Source: Kudoa neothunni (taxonomy: Eukaryota; Animalia; Cnidaria). Taken from it: DNA of 64,000 nucleotides. Location: NCBI GenBank assembly GCA_964304625.1, contig OZ199838.1, positions 2,517,502 to 2,581,501 of the forward strand. The letters are read 5' to 3'. Below, in pieces: positions 53,391 to 64,000 of this stretch. How positions within the stretch are numbered: the first letter of the stretch is position 1; each line of letters starts with the position of its first letter. The translations under genes and the position numbers were made by a program. A model generated the notes under the pieces. That model had not been told where the DNA came from and ran no database searches. It worked only from the letters and a program-made list of their open reading frames with translations.

Positions 53391-53451
53391 ACTTACTCAA
53401 TGTAACACACACTAACGGCAGAGGCGATTTGGTAAACTCGTGACACCGAAA

Positions 53452-54602
53452 ATGGCCGAAGTAATAAAACGGTGACAATCGACGCTGTTATGCGAGAACG
53501 ATCAGAGGTTGACACCGCTTGGTGTAAATATCAGTTTATTCGCAGTGGGTTGGAGAATGCGTTAGGTAACGCTAATTCACCTGTCGAAATCAACGAACAC
53601 ATAGACACCTTCAAACTTTTTATGCGCGATCAGGCTTCATGTCTGCCTTCAAATCTCTTGAAGCAGGTTCAACAATACTACAGAGATGTTCTTGAGTTGT
53701 TTCATTCGAAAACTGGGACGGGGAAAAATTTTAAGTTCAATCACAGATCTCGTGTTGAAAAGCCGTTGGATGTGATTTTAAATCATTTTTTCTCGGTTTA
53801 ATATTTATCATGAAGAGAGTAGTTTTATCTGATCAAACAACATCTTTAACAGGCTCCCAAACAGAAAATTTGTCAAGCGAAACTCTTCCACCAAATTTAG
53901 TTTGCGGCCAGTTGTCACCCTATCAAATGGATCAGCTTACGATAGATCTTGATGATAATGCACATCAAATAATCTATCTTAATGTCAGCGGGCGCACCGA
54001 TGCTCACCTTGGTGGGTTTAAGTTGAAATCCCTGTCGAATCGGATAATACTCGTGAAGAGTAGTTTCTCGTTGAATACCGCTACTTTAACTGATTTGAAA
54101 AATGTTCGTGTTGTTATTCCAAATGGTGTAGATCACTCCATTCTTGTGGAGAATGCTATGAATTCTGTGTTTGTGATAGAATGTCAACAGTTGAGACTGA
54201 GGAATTGTCACAATTGCCAATTTTATGTCTCAATCACGGGTGTTAGTCCATCGGGTGGTGGTATTGTCCTCGAATCATCATCATTGTGTTACTTTGGTAA
54301 TAAAGTACCTGTTATTTCGAATGGTAAAGGTAATTCTACCTTTCTGTCGATGGTTAAATGCCACTCAATTATTAGATAGAACAGTTGTTTCTTCCTTGAG
54401 TGAATGTCTAGAAAAGCGTTTACTATTGTGCGATAAAAATGACGAGTTCAATCTATCAATTGTTAATGATTTTGATTGGATTGGTCGTGTAGAAAAATCT
54501 CCAAATGTTTTCCCTGTTGGAAGCCATTCGTCTTGTTTGATTGCGGTGTGTTTTGACGGCGACATTCCTGGTGGCGTAAAATTTCTAGAGTTAACCGCTT
54601 GA
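53452..54602 (+). CDS. TBCC: tubulin-specific chaperone C
   Basis: N-terminal helical part (ASCLPSNLLKQVQ, KNFKF) and C-CAP/cofactor-C domain (CQQLRLRNC with the catalytic Arg, IVLESS, VNDFDWI...SPNV). Introns at ~53461-53507, 53772-53815 and 54330-54375. Confidence 0.88.
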
Positions 54603-56080
54603 ATATGATTTTTTTGTTTTATACATCCCAATATTTATCTTTCATCAAAATTTGAATGATTTGCGTGCATTTTATATTTGGTATTTAAACTATAAAAATT
54701 ATTATCATATGGTGCAATCCGTGCTTATCGATTGACTTAGACTTTTATGATATTTGCGAAAATTAATCCCTACCCTAGAGTGTAATTAATGTAATTTTTC
54801 GGTTATTGCAGTTTAATTTAGTTAGCTCTTTGAACCCCAATATTGCGAATGGCAACATTTTAATTTTGTGATTGTTTTAACGATTTAATTACATTTTTTA
54901 AATATATCCTTATTATAGTAATATAGTTAATGTTTATTTGATTTTATAAAAATGAATTATGAAAACTTGTATATTTTATATCTAGAGCAGTACAGATGAA
55001 TATCCAACTCCACGGCAAGTATAAAAAAGGCTAATAGTACCGTGCGATTGAACTTAGAGTTTGGAGGTTTCAGCAAAATTAAAAAATATACACGTATACC
55101 ATTAAATAAGTTTATTCAACAAATGAATCCAAGAAGAAAATATGTTTTGATGTGTATACTATACAGAAAGATTAATCCATGTTGCCATTTGGCGCCATGT
55201 GTGTATCTTTTTAATTTTTGAAATGAGTGCTTCAATTTTTGTATTTTTTATTTAAAATTAAACATAATGAACAAACAAAATTAGTTCAGCCGCTGAATTA
55301 AATTCGAGGTTCAGTTCAAAGGGTTTGGATACATTTTTATATTATTTAAATTGCACATTGTGAGCAGAGAAAGAATTTTGACTTGTTGTGATTCGTTGTT
55401 ATATGGGAATCTTACCTATGCTTATTCCATACTTATTCCATAAAAAATGGATAAAGAATTTATTTCTTATCGAAATTATTTTTTGAATTTTTAAGCCAAG
55501 TTATGCTAAATATCGAGTGGTATGGATTTTTTAAGGTTTTTAAAGTTGTAAACACATTTTGTGTAAAATGGAGGGAAATAAGTCAAATTTAAGACCATCT
55601 TTACTAGAAATGAAGGAGTTCACTATTACGTGAAATATTTTTGTAATTTATATAACGCTTAGTAAATTCGTTAACACTGATTTAAAGATAATTTTCAAGG
55701 TATTTCTTCAATCCTTGATGATGCATTGGCATTTATCCTTGCAATTATGGACGCTTATATTTATTAAATTTGACAATTTAAATTGACAAATATATTTGAA
55801 TGTCGAACTTAATTCTGCTCTCACAAAAACAGAATTAAAAAAACAAATTTTTTTCGAAGGATATTTGCACGCTCATTGATGATTATTTTAGTTTTTTCAT
55901 AAAACTGACTTTTTTATATTATTTATTATTCAATTTAATCGTTCCGCAAAGTTTGCTTAAATTGAGATTTTGGAAATTGTCTGGTCTATACAGTCCAGTC
56001 TTTACTCGATTTTGCTCACTTTGTGAAAAGTTATTTTATTGTAATTCTATACGTTCCTAATGCTTACACGAGCAATATAT

Positions 56081-56556
56081 TCAAGATGACGTTAGTTTTA
56101 GTGTAAATAATTGACTATAAATGATGCAAAACAAATACTTAAATGCACGTGACACGTCGATTTTACACACTTTTTTAGACACTCTGTTGATTGATGTAGC
56201 ATTATTACCTGGAAAATTTGAAATATTATGATAAACAGAGATGAAATCATAGAATATTTTGAAAATCTTCCATTTAAAAACGTTAAAATAGCTACTAAAA
56301 CATTTCAACATACAAATATAGTAATTTTAAATGGAATTATTAAAGAAATGAATCATATTTCCCATTAAATTAAAAGTTTCAATCGTTTTCGACTATTGTT
56401 AAAATTGGAAAATGATATTTTATGTTGTTGAGGATCGAAATTTGGCGCAATCCAAAATAATTGATTGTTGCAAAAATTGAAACTAATTATCAATTGATTT
56501 TTGCCTACCATAGAATTTTTATTTATTTCTGTCATGGCGATAAAAAGGAGCTCCAA
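56081..56556 (-). mobile_element. possible hAT transposase remnant
   Basis: KIDVSR and APNFDPQ resemble the hAT DVxTRW and ATxLDPR motifs; heavily degraded. Confidence 0.3.
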
Positions 56557-56679
56557 TTTTTCTTCTACGTACTAAACATAAGGCGTTGATTGCGCAACAT
56601 TCAATCAACCGATTTTACACAAAATTTTATATTGGCCTAGAAATGATTATGAAAAATCGGTTATCTACTTTATTATCAA

Positions 56680-57319
56680 CTAGCTGGAACTGCCCAGCGT
56701 TGCTTGGGGAAGATTTCACCTAGAGGCATTTTTTAATAGCATTCAAAAAATATATTGAAATCTCGAATTAACCCATAGAAACAAAATATCTAAAAATTTT
56801 TAATCAACTTACTATAACGATTTGGATTATGTAATTTAAATTATTATAATTTCTGTGAAGGAAAGTATCAATCCCGGCGTCCATTTAAAAATAGAAAAAA
56901 TAAAAGAGATAGAAGAAAACTTATGAAAATTAATCGATATTGTTAAAATTAGCATTGTTTAACTAGGCATAAACATACATGCGCTTTTATCATAAACAAT
57001 TTAAATAATTTGGTGAAATAAAAGTACAACCATCCGCATTGAATTTAATCACATAAAGTAAAACTTAGCGGACAATTTAATGAAACCTATGAACGCAGTA
57101 TTTCCATTATAACGCTTCAATCAACGTAACTTTAACGTTCTCCACGAATTCGTTATTTATGAAACATATATAGATTTTTTACCACATTTAAAACCATTAA
57201 TAGAACTTATAAAATATACTTATCAAGTCATATACGTTAAAACTCCGCAAATAAGGAGTGTGTTTAAACAGACACCCAAATAGAAATGCCAACCTTATAT
57301 ATAAAGATAGATAGATAGA
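56680..57319 (-). mobile_element. non-autonomous Helitron
   Basis: On the minus strand it starts TC(TATC)n-TTTATATATAAGG after a host A and ends with the hairpin CCCAAGCAACGCTGGG plus CTAG before a host T; no TSD. Similar 3' ends at ~47163 and ~47316; another 5' end at 57665. Confidence 0.7.
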
Positions 57320-58948
57320 TAGAAGCAGTTAATGAACATATGATGGAGCATATAAAGAAGATAGTTAACTTCAACCGACCATAATCATGAAATAAGCAAG
57401 TGCTAATCCTACTATAGTTGAACTCATTTAATCCGAAAAACAAACTTTAAACCGACAAAATCACTATTTCATAAATACTTTTTGGAAGCTTTAGTAGTCC
57501 GAAAACAATTAAACGATTTTTTAAATATTACAAATTTATAAAAATTTTATATATGGCTCTCTATAAGGAAAAAATTATCCGCACATGCGTACTTAGGGAC
57601 ATACATACACTGACACATACACAAACAAACATACCGACAGAACTCTTTTATATATATATAAAGGATAATTATCTGGAAATAAATTTTTTCCATTTGAAAT
57701 ATTATTCATATCCCCCCAACAAATAATATTTAAATTACTTTTAGAACTTCAACATCACTAGCCATAATACATAAAGATACGTTTTTATTTAAAAAGCTGT
57801 GAAACACGAGCGTGGAGGCTTCACGGAGTTTACTGAATACGCATGCGCCACCAACAAATAAATCAGCCCTTCTCAACTGAAATTGGACTCGCACCCCCAT
57901 TTGATGACAAAACGAGATTCGCGCACACCTTTGCATACGATAAGGTGTAACTGACTTAAAATTTCTCAAAAATTATTTTCAATTTTGATCGGATCTCGCA
58001 CCTTTGAGACCAAAGTTAACATCCCTAACGTGTGGACACCCCTAGTTGGGAACCCTTAAAATACATAAAAAGGCACTAGAGTAAGAAAACTTATTAATAT
58101 AATTTTTTGATTTCGAGTTATTCCCTCCCTCTCCTAAGAATAGACAACCCACACATGTGGTTTATACCGATCTATAGCAATAGTCGGTGTCTAAAAAGAC
58201 GATCTTCGAAAATTACTTAATAGTTCGACAATGATAATCGACGAATATAGATTATAATCAAAAATTGCTAGGGCATGATGGCATATAATTAATATTTAAA
58301 TGGATTATTCTAAAATATGCATGAATACACCTTTTCCGTTTTATTTTAATAAATCAATATTAAACTATAAAGGGTACAGTTATTTAATTCAATATTAAAA
58401 AATAACAAACTTAATATACTTTGTGATACAATTTCGTGCGATAATTGAAGCTAAAATTTGGGTCAAATTTAGCAATTAAGTTATTATACAGATAATATTT
58501 TCAAATTAAAACAAAAAATAATTTATTATAAAAATTTTCTTTTAAAATATTTCGACTACATTTTCAATTGATTTCCATATCGTAGCCATTTTGTGGACTT
58601 CAAAATCAAATATGTAACTAATCAAGAGTTAATAGTTAATGGTGCGCGTAGTTGTGGGCAACTTTTAGAACAAAAGATATAAATCACATTTTTAGACAAG
58701 CTTACTTACAAATTCTGGAACGTAAAAATCAGGCCTATAATTATGAATTTTTAGTTTTCACCTCAAAATCCAAAATATCATATTAATACGCGAGGTTTAT
58801 GGATCCCCCTCATAAATACCTCATAAACAGCATGTGAGCGACATTGACTTATGTTAAGTTGGGATGCGAAGTTCTAGGATTAAAATTATACACACTAATA
58901 GAAAAAGAACATTTTTAATCTTAAAAATTATAATAATATAAATAGTTA

Positions 58949-59671
58949 TTAATTTAGGTTGTAATCATGTGCCTGTGGATCAAAGAATGGATGTAATTGA
59001 TTAAGATTAGGGCCTCCATTAGTGTTGTTTTTGCAGTAAGAAAATTTCCCAATTTTGCCTTCGAAAGCGAGTGCTAGGATAGTATTGAGATACTCCTAGA
59101 GAAGTGAATCAACGAAACGAATTAATTCTATAAAAATGTTCAATTAATTTTATCTCCTACCTCTAATACCACTTTCCTATATCTGAGAAGAGAATCGTTT
59201 GGTATTTGAGATAGTTTGTGAGGGAAAAAACAATTGTTCACCTAATATTAAATAAAATCAAAACACCTTAATTATTGTTACACTGGGAGATATTGCACAT
59301 AAGTCTGTGTGAAGTTTTCTAAATGAATTGTACCGTCGCCATATTTCATAAAAAGCATGTTTCACCTTGACCTACATTCGTGAAAATTGTAAACTCAATC
59401 TCAATGTGACCGAATAGAATCGGCTACTTTAACACAAAACTGATTAAATGATGAAGTTTCTAAGGAAACAGAACGATATCCAGTGATTTTTGCAGCAACA
59501 GGCACACTTTGGTATGCTTTGATTCTCTCTATAAAATTTTCCACGCACACCGGTACGTCAATGTTCTCGACTTCGTTATAGAAATTCTAGTTAAAAAATA
59601 GAATTAAAAATTTTCCTAAAAAATCACCTTTTCCATCGATTCAATGCTCTCAGTATCATCATCAACCGACT

Positions 59672-59703
<32 letters not shown>

Positions 59704-60577
59704 TGTATCAATTAAAGTAAAAAATCTCTCCAAAAAGTCAAATACTATGTTGTGTTGTTTACGAAGTGAATCATTTGCATTTCTATTCCTAAAATACAGA
59801 TTGAAAAAATCTACAAAAAATAAAATAAACTCAAATATACATCTGCACCGCAGTGTCCAATTTTTCAGACATTTGACGAATTTCCTTGATATTGGTTTGG
59901 ATTTGAGTTTTTAATTTACTATAATGTGAATCTCCCTCACATACTATTAATGAAATATTTCCATCAGGTTTCGAAGAATGTGACTTAATGTCTTTATCTT
60001 CAGTTGAAATAGCCCCTTCAGGGTGAGAGTTAGCTCCACAAATAAGAGCTGTTTCCGCGATAAAAAACAACTAAAATTATTTAATAATTACCATATTTAA
60101 TATTGTAATCACTTCTAAAATCTTTCTATAGATCACAATCATACTAGTATTGTCTTTGAGGCAATGTCGATTGAAAAAGTTGTGTGTAAATTGAATTTTG
60201 GTGTTTTCCAGCATTGTCATCTCATACTCTAGAGACTTTTGATATGTGACAATATCTCTCGACCACAGCTGTACAAATATGAATCTCATTCGATCATTTT
60301 CTTGATGAAATTTGTGAATATAATCTTCAAATTGAACCCATTTTGAGGTGGCCCCACTAATCATTGATTCATCAGTTATATCGTCCAATATCTTTTTCTC
60401 TTCTTCCACATTATTGTTTTGTTGTACTAAAGATGGATTCTCTTTTGTTTCCTCGTCCGATCGTTCCATACACATCCCACATTTTATTAGTAACTTAAGT
60501 AGGTTTTTGTGTTCCTTGGTGACTTTATTATACTGAGTAACTAGATTATCGATGTCATTGTTTGAATTGTGTCCCAT
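58949..60577 (-). CDS. PX-domain protein (C-terminal PX of SNX29/KIF16B type, N-terminal coiled coil)
   Basis: Spliced exons give YEIWRRYNSFRKLH, FPHK, RYRKVVLE/EYLNTIL and LHPFF; stop TAA at 58951-58949. Confidence 0.75.
59672..59698. repeat. (AAT)n microsatellite in an intron of the PX gene
   Basis: Direct tandem repeat visible in the sequence. Confidence 0.9.
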
Positions 60578-60809
60578 TTAATATTCAGTAAAGCGGAAGT
60601 AAAATAAATAAAAAGTAAAAATAATTCTTATTGATTGACGAAATGCGCGTGCGTAAGTGTTAGTAAGTGGAGATTTCTCGTGTTATTTACTCAAACATCT
60701 AAGAGTCGCATTAGTTTTGTAAAAATATTATTAATTTTAATTTTATGAATTTAAAGGATCAAATTTAGCTCATCATAAAGGTGTTTATAGTTTGCGTAAC
60801 TAGAAATGG

Positions 60810-61939
60810 ATGGAGATACAGTAATTTTTATATTAACTGCTTACATGTATTAAAAATTAATTCGCTGATATTGATTATTATATTAGGCTGACCAAAGACG
60901 AAGTAATTCTGAGTTGGGACATATGTGTAATTAAATTGAATATTTGTACGTAGAGCTGTCAAATGTTCCACTGTGTGAGTTGGTAAAGGCTCAAAAAGAA
61001 TTGGGTGTTAAAAAGTTAGTTTTAATATTTAAGTTATGAGTTTATTTTTTCCATTACAATTATAATAGAACCCAACAAATACTATTATTCAATAATGAAG
61101 CGGAGATGGAGGCGGAATCAGGTTTCTCCTCAGTACAATCACTAAAAAGAGATCATCGCTCAGCTCGTAAACCAATGATGCCTGGAAAAATAAAATCTGA
61201 AGCGTAATAACAAATATTTTTTGAGAGGTTTTGTATGAAGGTTATTGGTTGTAGCCCATTGGAAATATCGGCGAAAGTCCGAGCCAAACCACAACCTCTC
61301 AATATTATGAAAGTGAAGAAGACAGTATAGCGATTACTGAGCAAAAATTAGTTGTTAAAAATGCGTTTTGCAGATCAAAATAGATCCTAGATATGGGGAA
61401 AGATTCGGCAAATTTGATGAGGATAAATTCAACAAAGCCTATGGTTTCATTGATGAACTTCGCCAGTCAGAATTAACTGTACTCTAATGAGATAATTCAG
61501 CTAATTCAAAATTTTTTATTTATTAGGCGGTTCAAAAAAAATTAAGAAAAACCAAAAATAACGAAGAAAAGGATAAACTTAAACAATTTCAAAAATCAGC
61601 TGTATTTATTTCTAGAAACTAATTTATAATTTTTTACAATCAGCTAAACCGAATCGCTTCTCAAAAAGATAAAGCCTCCTCGAAACAAGTGGAGAAACTT
61701 ATTAGAAATAAAGAAAAAGAAATATCCTCGAAATCAAATTCTCCCTTCTATTTCAAAAATAGTAGATTTGAGTTGGTGAATCCAATTTAATGGTTTTAGG
61801 TGTGAAAAAACAGTTTTACTTTGCGCATAAATTCTCTCAACTGAAACAACAAGGTAAACTGGACAAATACCTACAAAAGAAACGCGTTAAAGTTGGAAAA
61901 ATCGAATCGAGACGTCCATATGATAATGTGAACCAATAG
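60810..61939 (+). CDS. RRP36: ribosomal RNA processing protein 36, multi-exon
   Basis: Spliced: MEIQLTKDELSNVPLCELVKAQKELG...APLEISAK...IDPRYGERFGKFDEDKFNKAYGFIDELRQSE...PFYFKNS...KFSQLKQQGKLDKYLQKKR. Missed by the ORF track because the exons are short. Confidence 0.88.
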
Positions 61940-64000
61940 TTTAATTTAGAAATGTACATTTTATTTTTTTAATTGTTCGCTACTTCTCTTTATTTGCAAT
62001 ACATTCAATGCATTATGAAATCTCGTTATCGAATTATATATTGATTTATACCGTTTTTATTGTAAGGCGAATTAAGTCCATATTATGCTTAAGAATTACT
62101 CCTATGAATTTATTGGGAAATAGTGGTTTATTTTCTAATTGAGATCGTTAACTTATTAAAATATAAGATAGAAAAATTTATTATTGATATTTCGAGTACA
62201 TTTTTGTAAATTTTATTTAAATTATTTTTTTTATGATTTTTTACAAATTACTTTCTTATCATTTTAAACTAATGTAGTGAGTTTAAGAATGTACAGATCC
62301 AATTTATCGACCTTTTTTATATATGTTAATGATAAATGACAATAAATTCAATAGATCCCTTCTCCAAAGAATCATTTTTATAGTTGTGTTCACAAAAAAC
62401 TTAATCAAAGAAGAATTTCGGTGTCGGTTGTTTATTCTAATGTCTACAGCTTTTTTGGCTCGGCTATAACGAAAAAATCGTCGTCTTAAGATAATTACGT
62501 TGATGAATTGGATGTTTTCCCCCGCTAAATGCTTTGATAGATAAAATAATTAACTTAAACAGTTAGTTACGATTATTTCTACAGTAAATATCTACTATAA
62601 CGTAACGTTTTCCGAGTAAGTATGGGAGGGGTAGGTAAAACTACACAGTGATAGACCTGTCGTACATAGCACCGCCCGCACCTAACACCCACACTAGTTA
62701 TTTTACATATTGAAAAGGTTCACTCATATTTAAAATGATTTTAAAAATTATATAATGTTAGTATTACTCGCTTTAAATAATTTATAAACATAATTACTAT
62801 GAAAATTCTCTCACCATATTTTTGGCCTATACAGCATATAACCGCGTATTTTTCACACTTGTAGCAACAGTTACTTAATTTGTATTAAATACTAAATATT
62901 AGATTATAAAATTATATTATTTGAAATTCTGACAAATTAACTAATGGATGTCTTAAAAACAACATCGAATTCATAACTTAAATAGGGAGCATATATTCAC
63001 TGATTTAACTGCGAGTATCTTCAAACTTTTCGCTAAATAGAAAACATTATTGAAGAATGATTAACACACCACGAATAAACTTTATTATAATTTATGAATT
63101 TATAATTTAATTATGTAATTTATTATTTTTTTTTCTTCCTGAGTTTAGTGCAGTCACACTAAAACCACTTAGTCTTCATACCGCTTTTAGCTTTTTAGGA
63201 TGTGTAAGATTTACGTAAAATGTAGGATGACCCATTGAATCTGAAATCAGAATATTTTATTAGATTTGGTTGAGTTATATTGCCCAATAAATTAATACAC
63301 AGTGATCTAATCGGATCCCAATTCATTTCAAAATATAAATTAAAATCCCCAATGTTTAGCTGTCGAGCTCAGCACACATTCTCTGATAATCATGTTAATT
63401 TTAAGGAAGATGATTTTTTGAAGAGTTTCCAGCATCAAATATTTTAAAATCACGGGTGGTGTTATATTTAGATGGCAATAGTTGCCACAAAAAATTTTTC
63501 CAAACGTGAAATTTACAAATAATTGGCTCAGCGCTAAGGAAAAAATTTCTTTAAGATTTTCCGGAGTTTTAAATCTTTATCAGTGCTTACAGAAAGTATC
63601 TCCTCATTTATTAATGACAAAATAAATATTCATTCATAAATACACCAGTTTTAAACAACTTTTTTCTTTATAAATAATACTGACATTACTTTATGACTCG
63701 TTCTATGGGAAATCATTAACTGTTAGGTATTGGAGAACACTGAAAAATGTTTAATATAATTGAGAGTTCAGAAATGAATAAAGTGTGAATATTGAGTTTT
63801 TTCACGTGAATCCAGTAATTTATTGGATGGATAAACACACAGTAGTTCTAGAAAAAAAGAAAAAATCTTGTTCATCTCATCATCTATAAATACTATTGTA
63901 CAAAGTTGATTCGCATCCCGAGTCAGAATTTAACATCACAGCTGTAATCCATGGCTAAAATTTTATTAATATAGTTCATTTTATTTCGTTGGGAAGAAAT

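Noticed and set aside
57730-57969. GC-richer 79-aa ORF as a novel gene
   Set aside because: No ATG start and no recognisable motif; it lies next to a hAT-like terminus (GTTGGGAACCCT, ~58046), so it is probably MITE interior.
1-64000. Alternative genetic code (stop-codon reassignment) explaining the short ORFs
   Set aside because: RPS3, TBCC, RRP36, the GPCR and the traced integrin exons translate with the standard code once short introns are removed; TAA, TAG and TGA are all used as stops.
1-64000. CRISPR array or rRNA genes
   Set aside because: No regularly spaced direct repeats or rRNA-like sequence seen; only microsatellites such as (TA)n, (GATA)n and (AAT)n.

Overview
AT-rich eukaryotic genomic DNA, most likely from a compact-genome, fast-evolving animal. 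Most spliceosomal GT-AG introns are only about 35-55 nt, so the ORF track shows single exons. The window is dominated by a ~34-kb minus-strand array (44241->10358) of about 45 divergent, cysteine-decorated fibronectin-type-III-like domains, usually one per exon and usually separated by phase-1 introns. The array falls into six exon blocks separated by transposon-filled gaps. It starts with a clean signal-peptide exon (44241), has a single-pass TM/short-tail exon at 37451-37355, and ends in an intact adhesion-GPCR module (GAIN/GPS CSCNHT|TSYAVVF plus a secretin-type 7TM). All block-to-block junctions are phase-compatible, so this is either one giant (~4,500-5,000 aa, my estimate) alternatively processed receptor gene or a tandem cluster of related surface proteins. 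Other genes: an apparently intact integrin beta whose metal-ion/ligand-binding motifs are lost, RPS3 and TBCC head-to-head only 61 nt apart, a PX-domain (SNX29/KIF16B-type) gene, and RRP36. The rest is decayed DNA transposons (piggyBac, hAT, Mutator, Tc1/pogo MITEs, Helitron ends) and a short tRNA-like repeat family. All exon models were built by hand from sequence, without transcript or database support.
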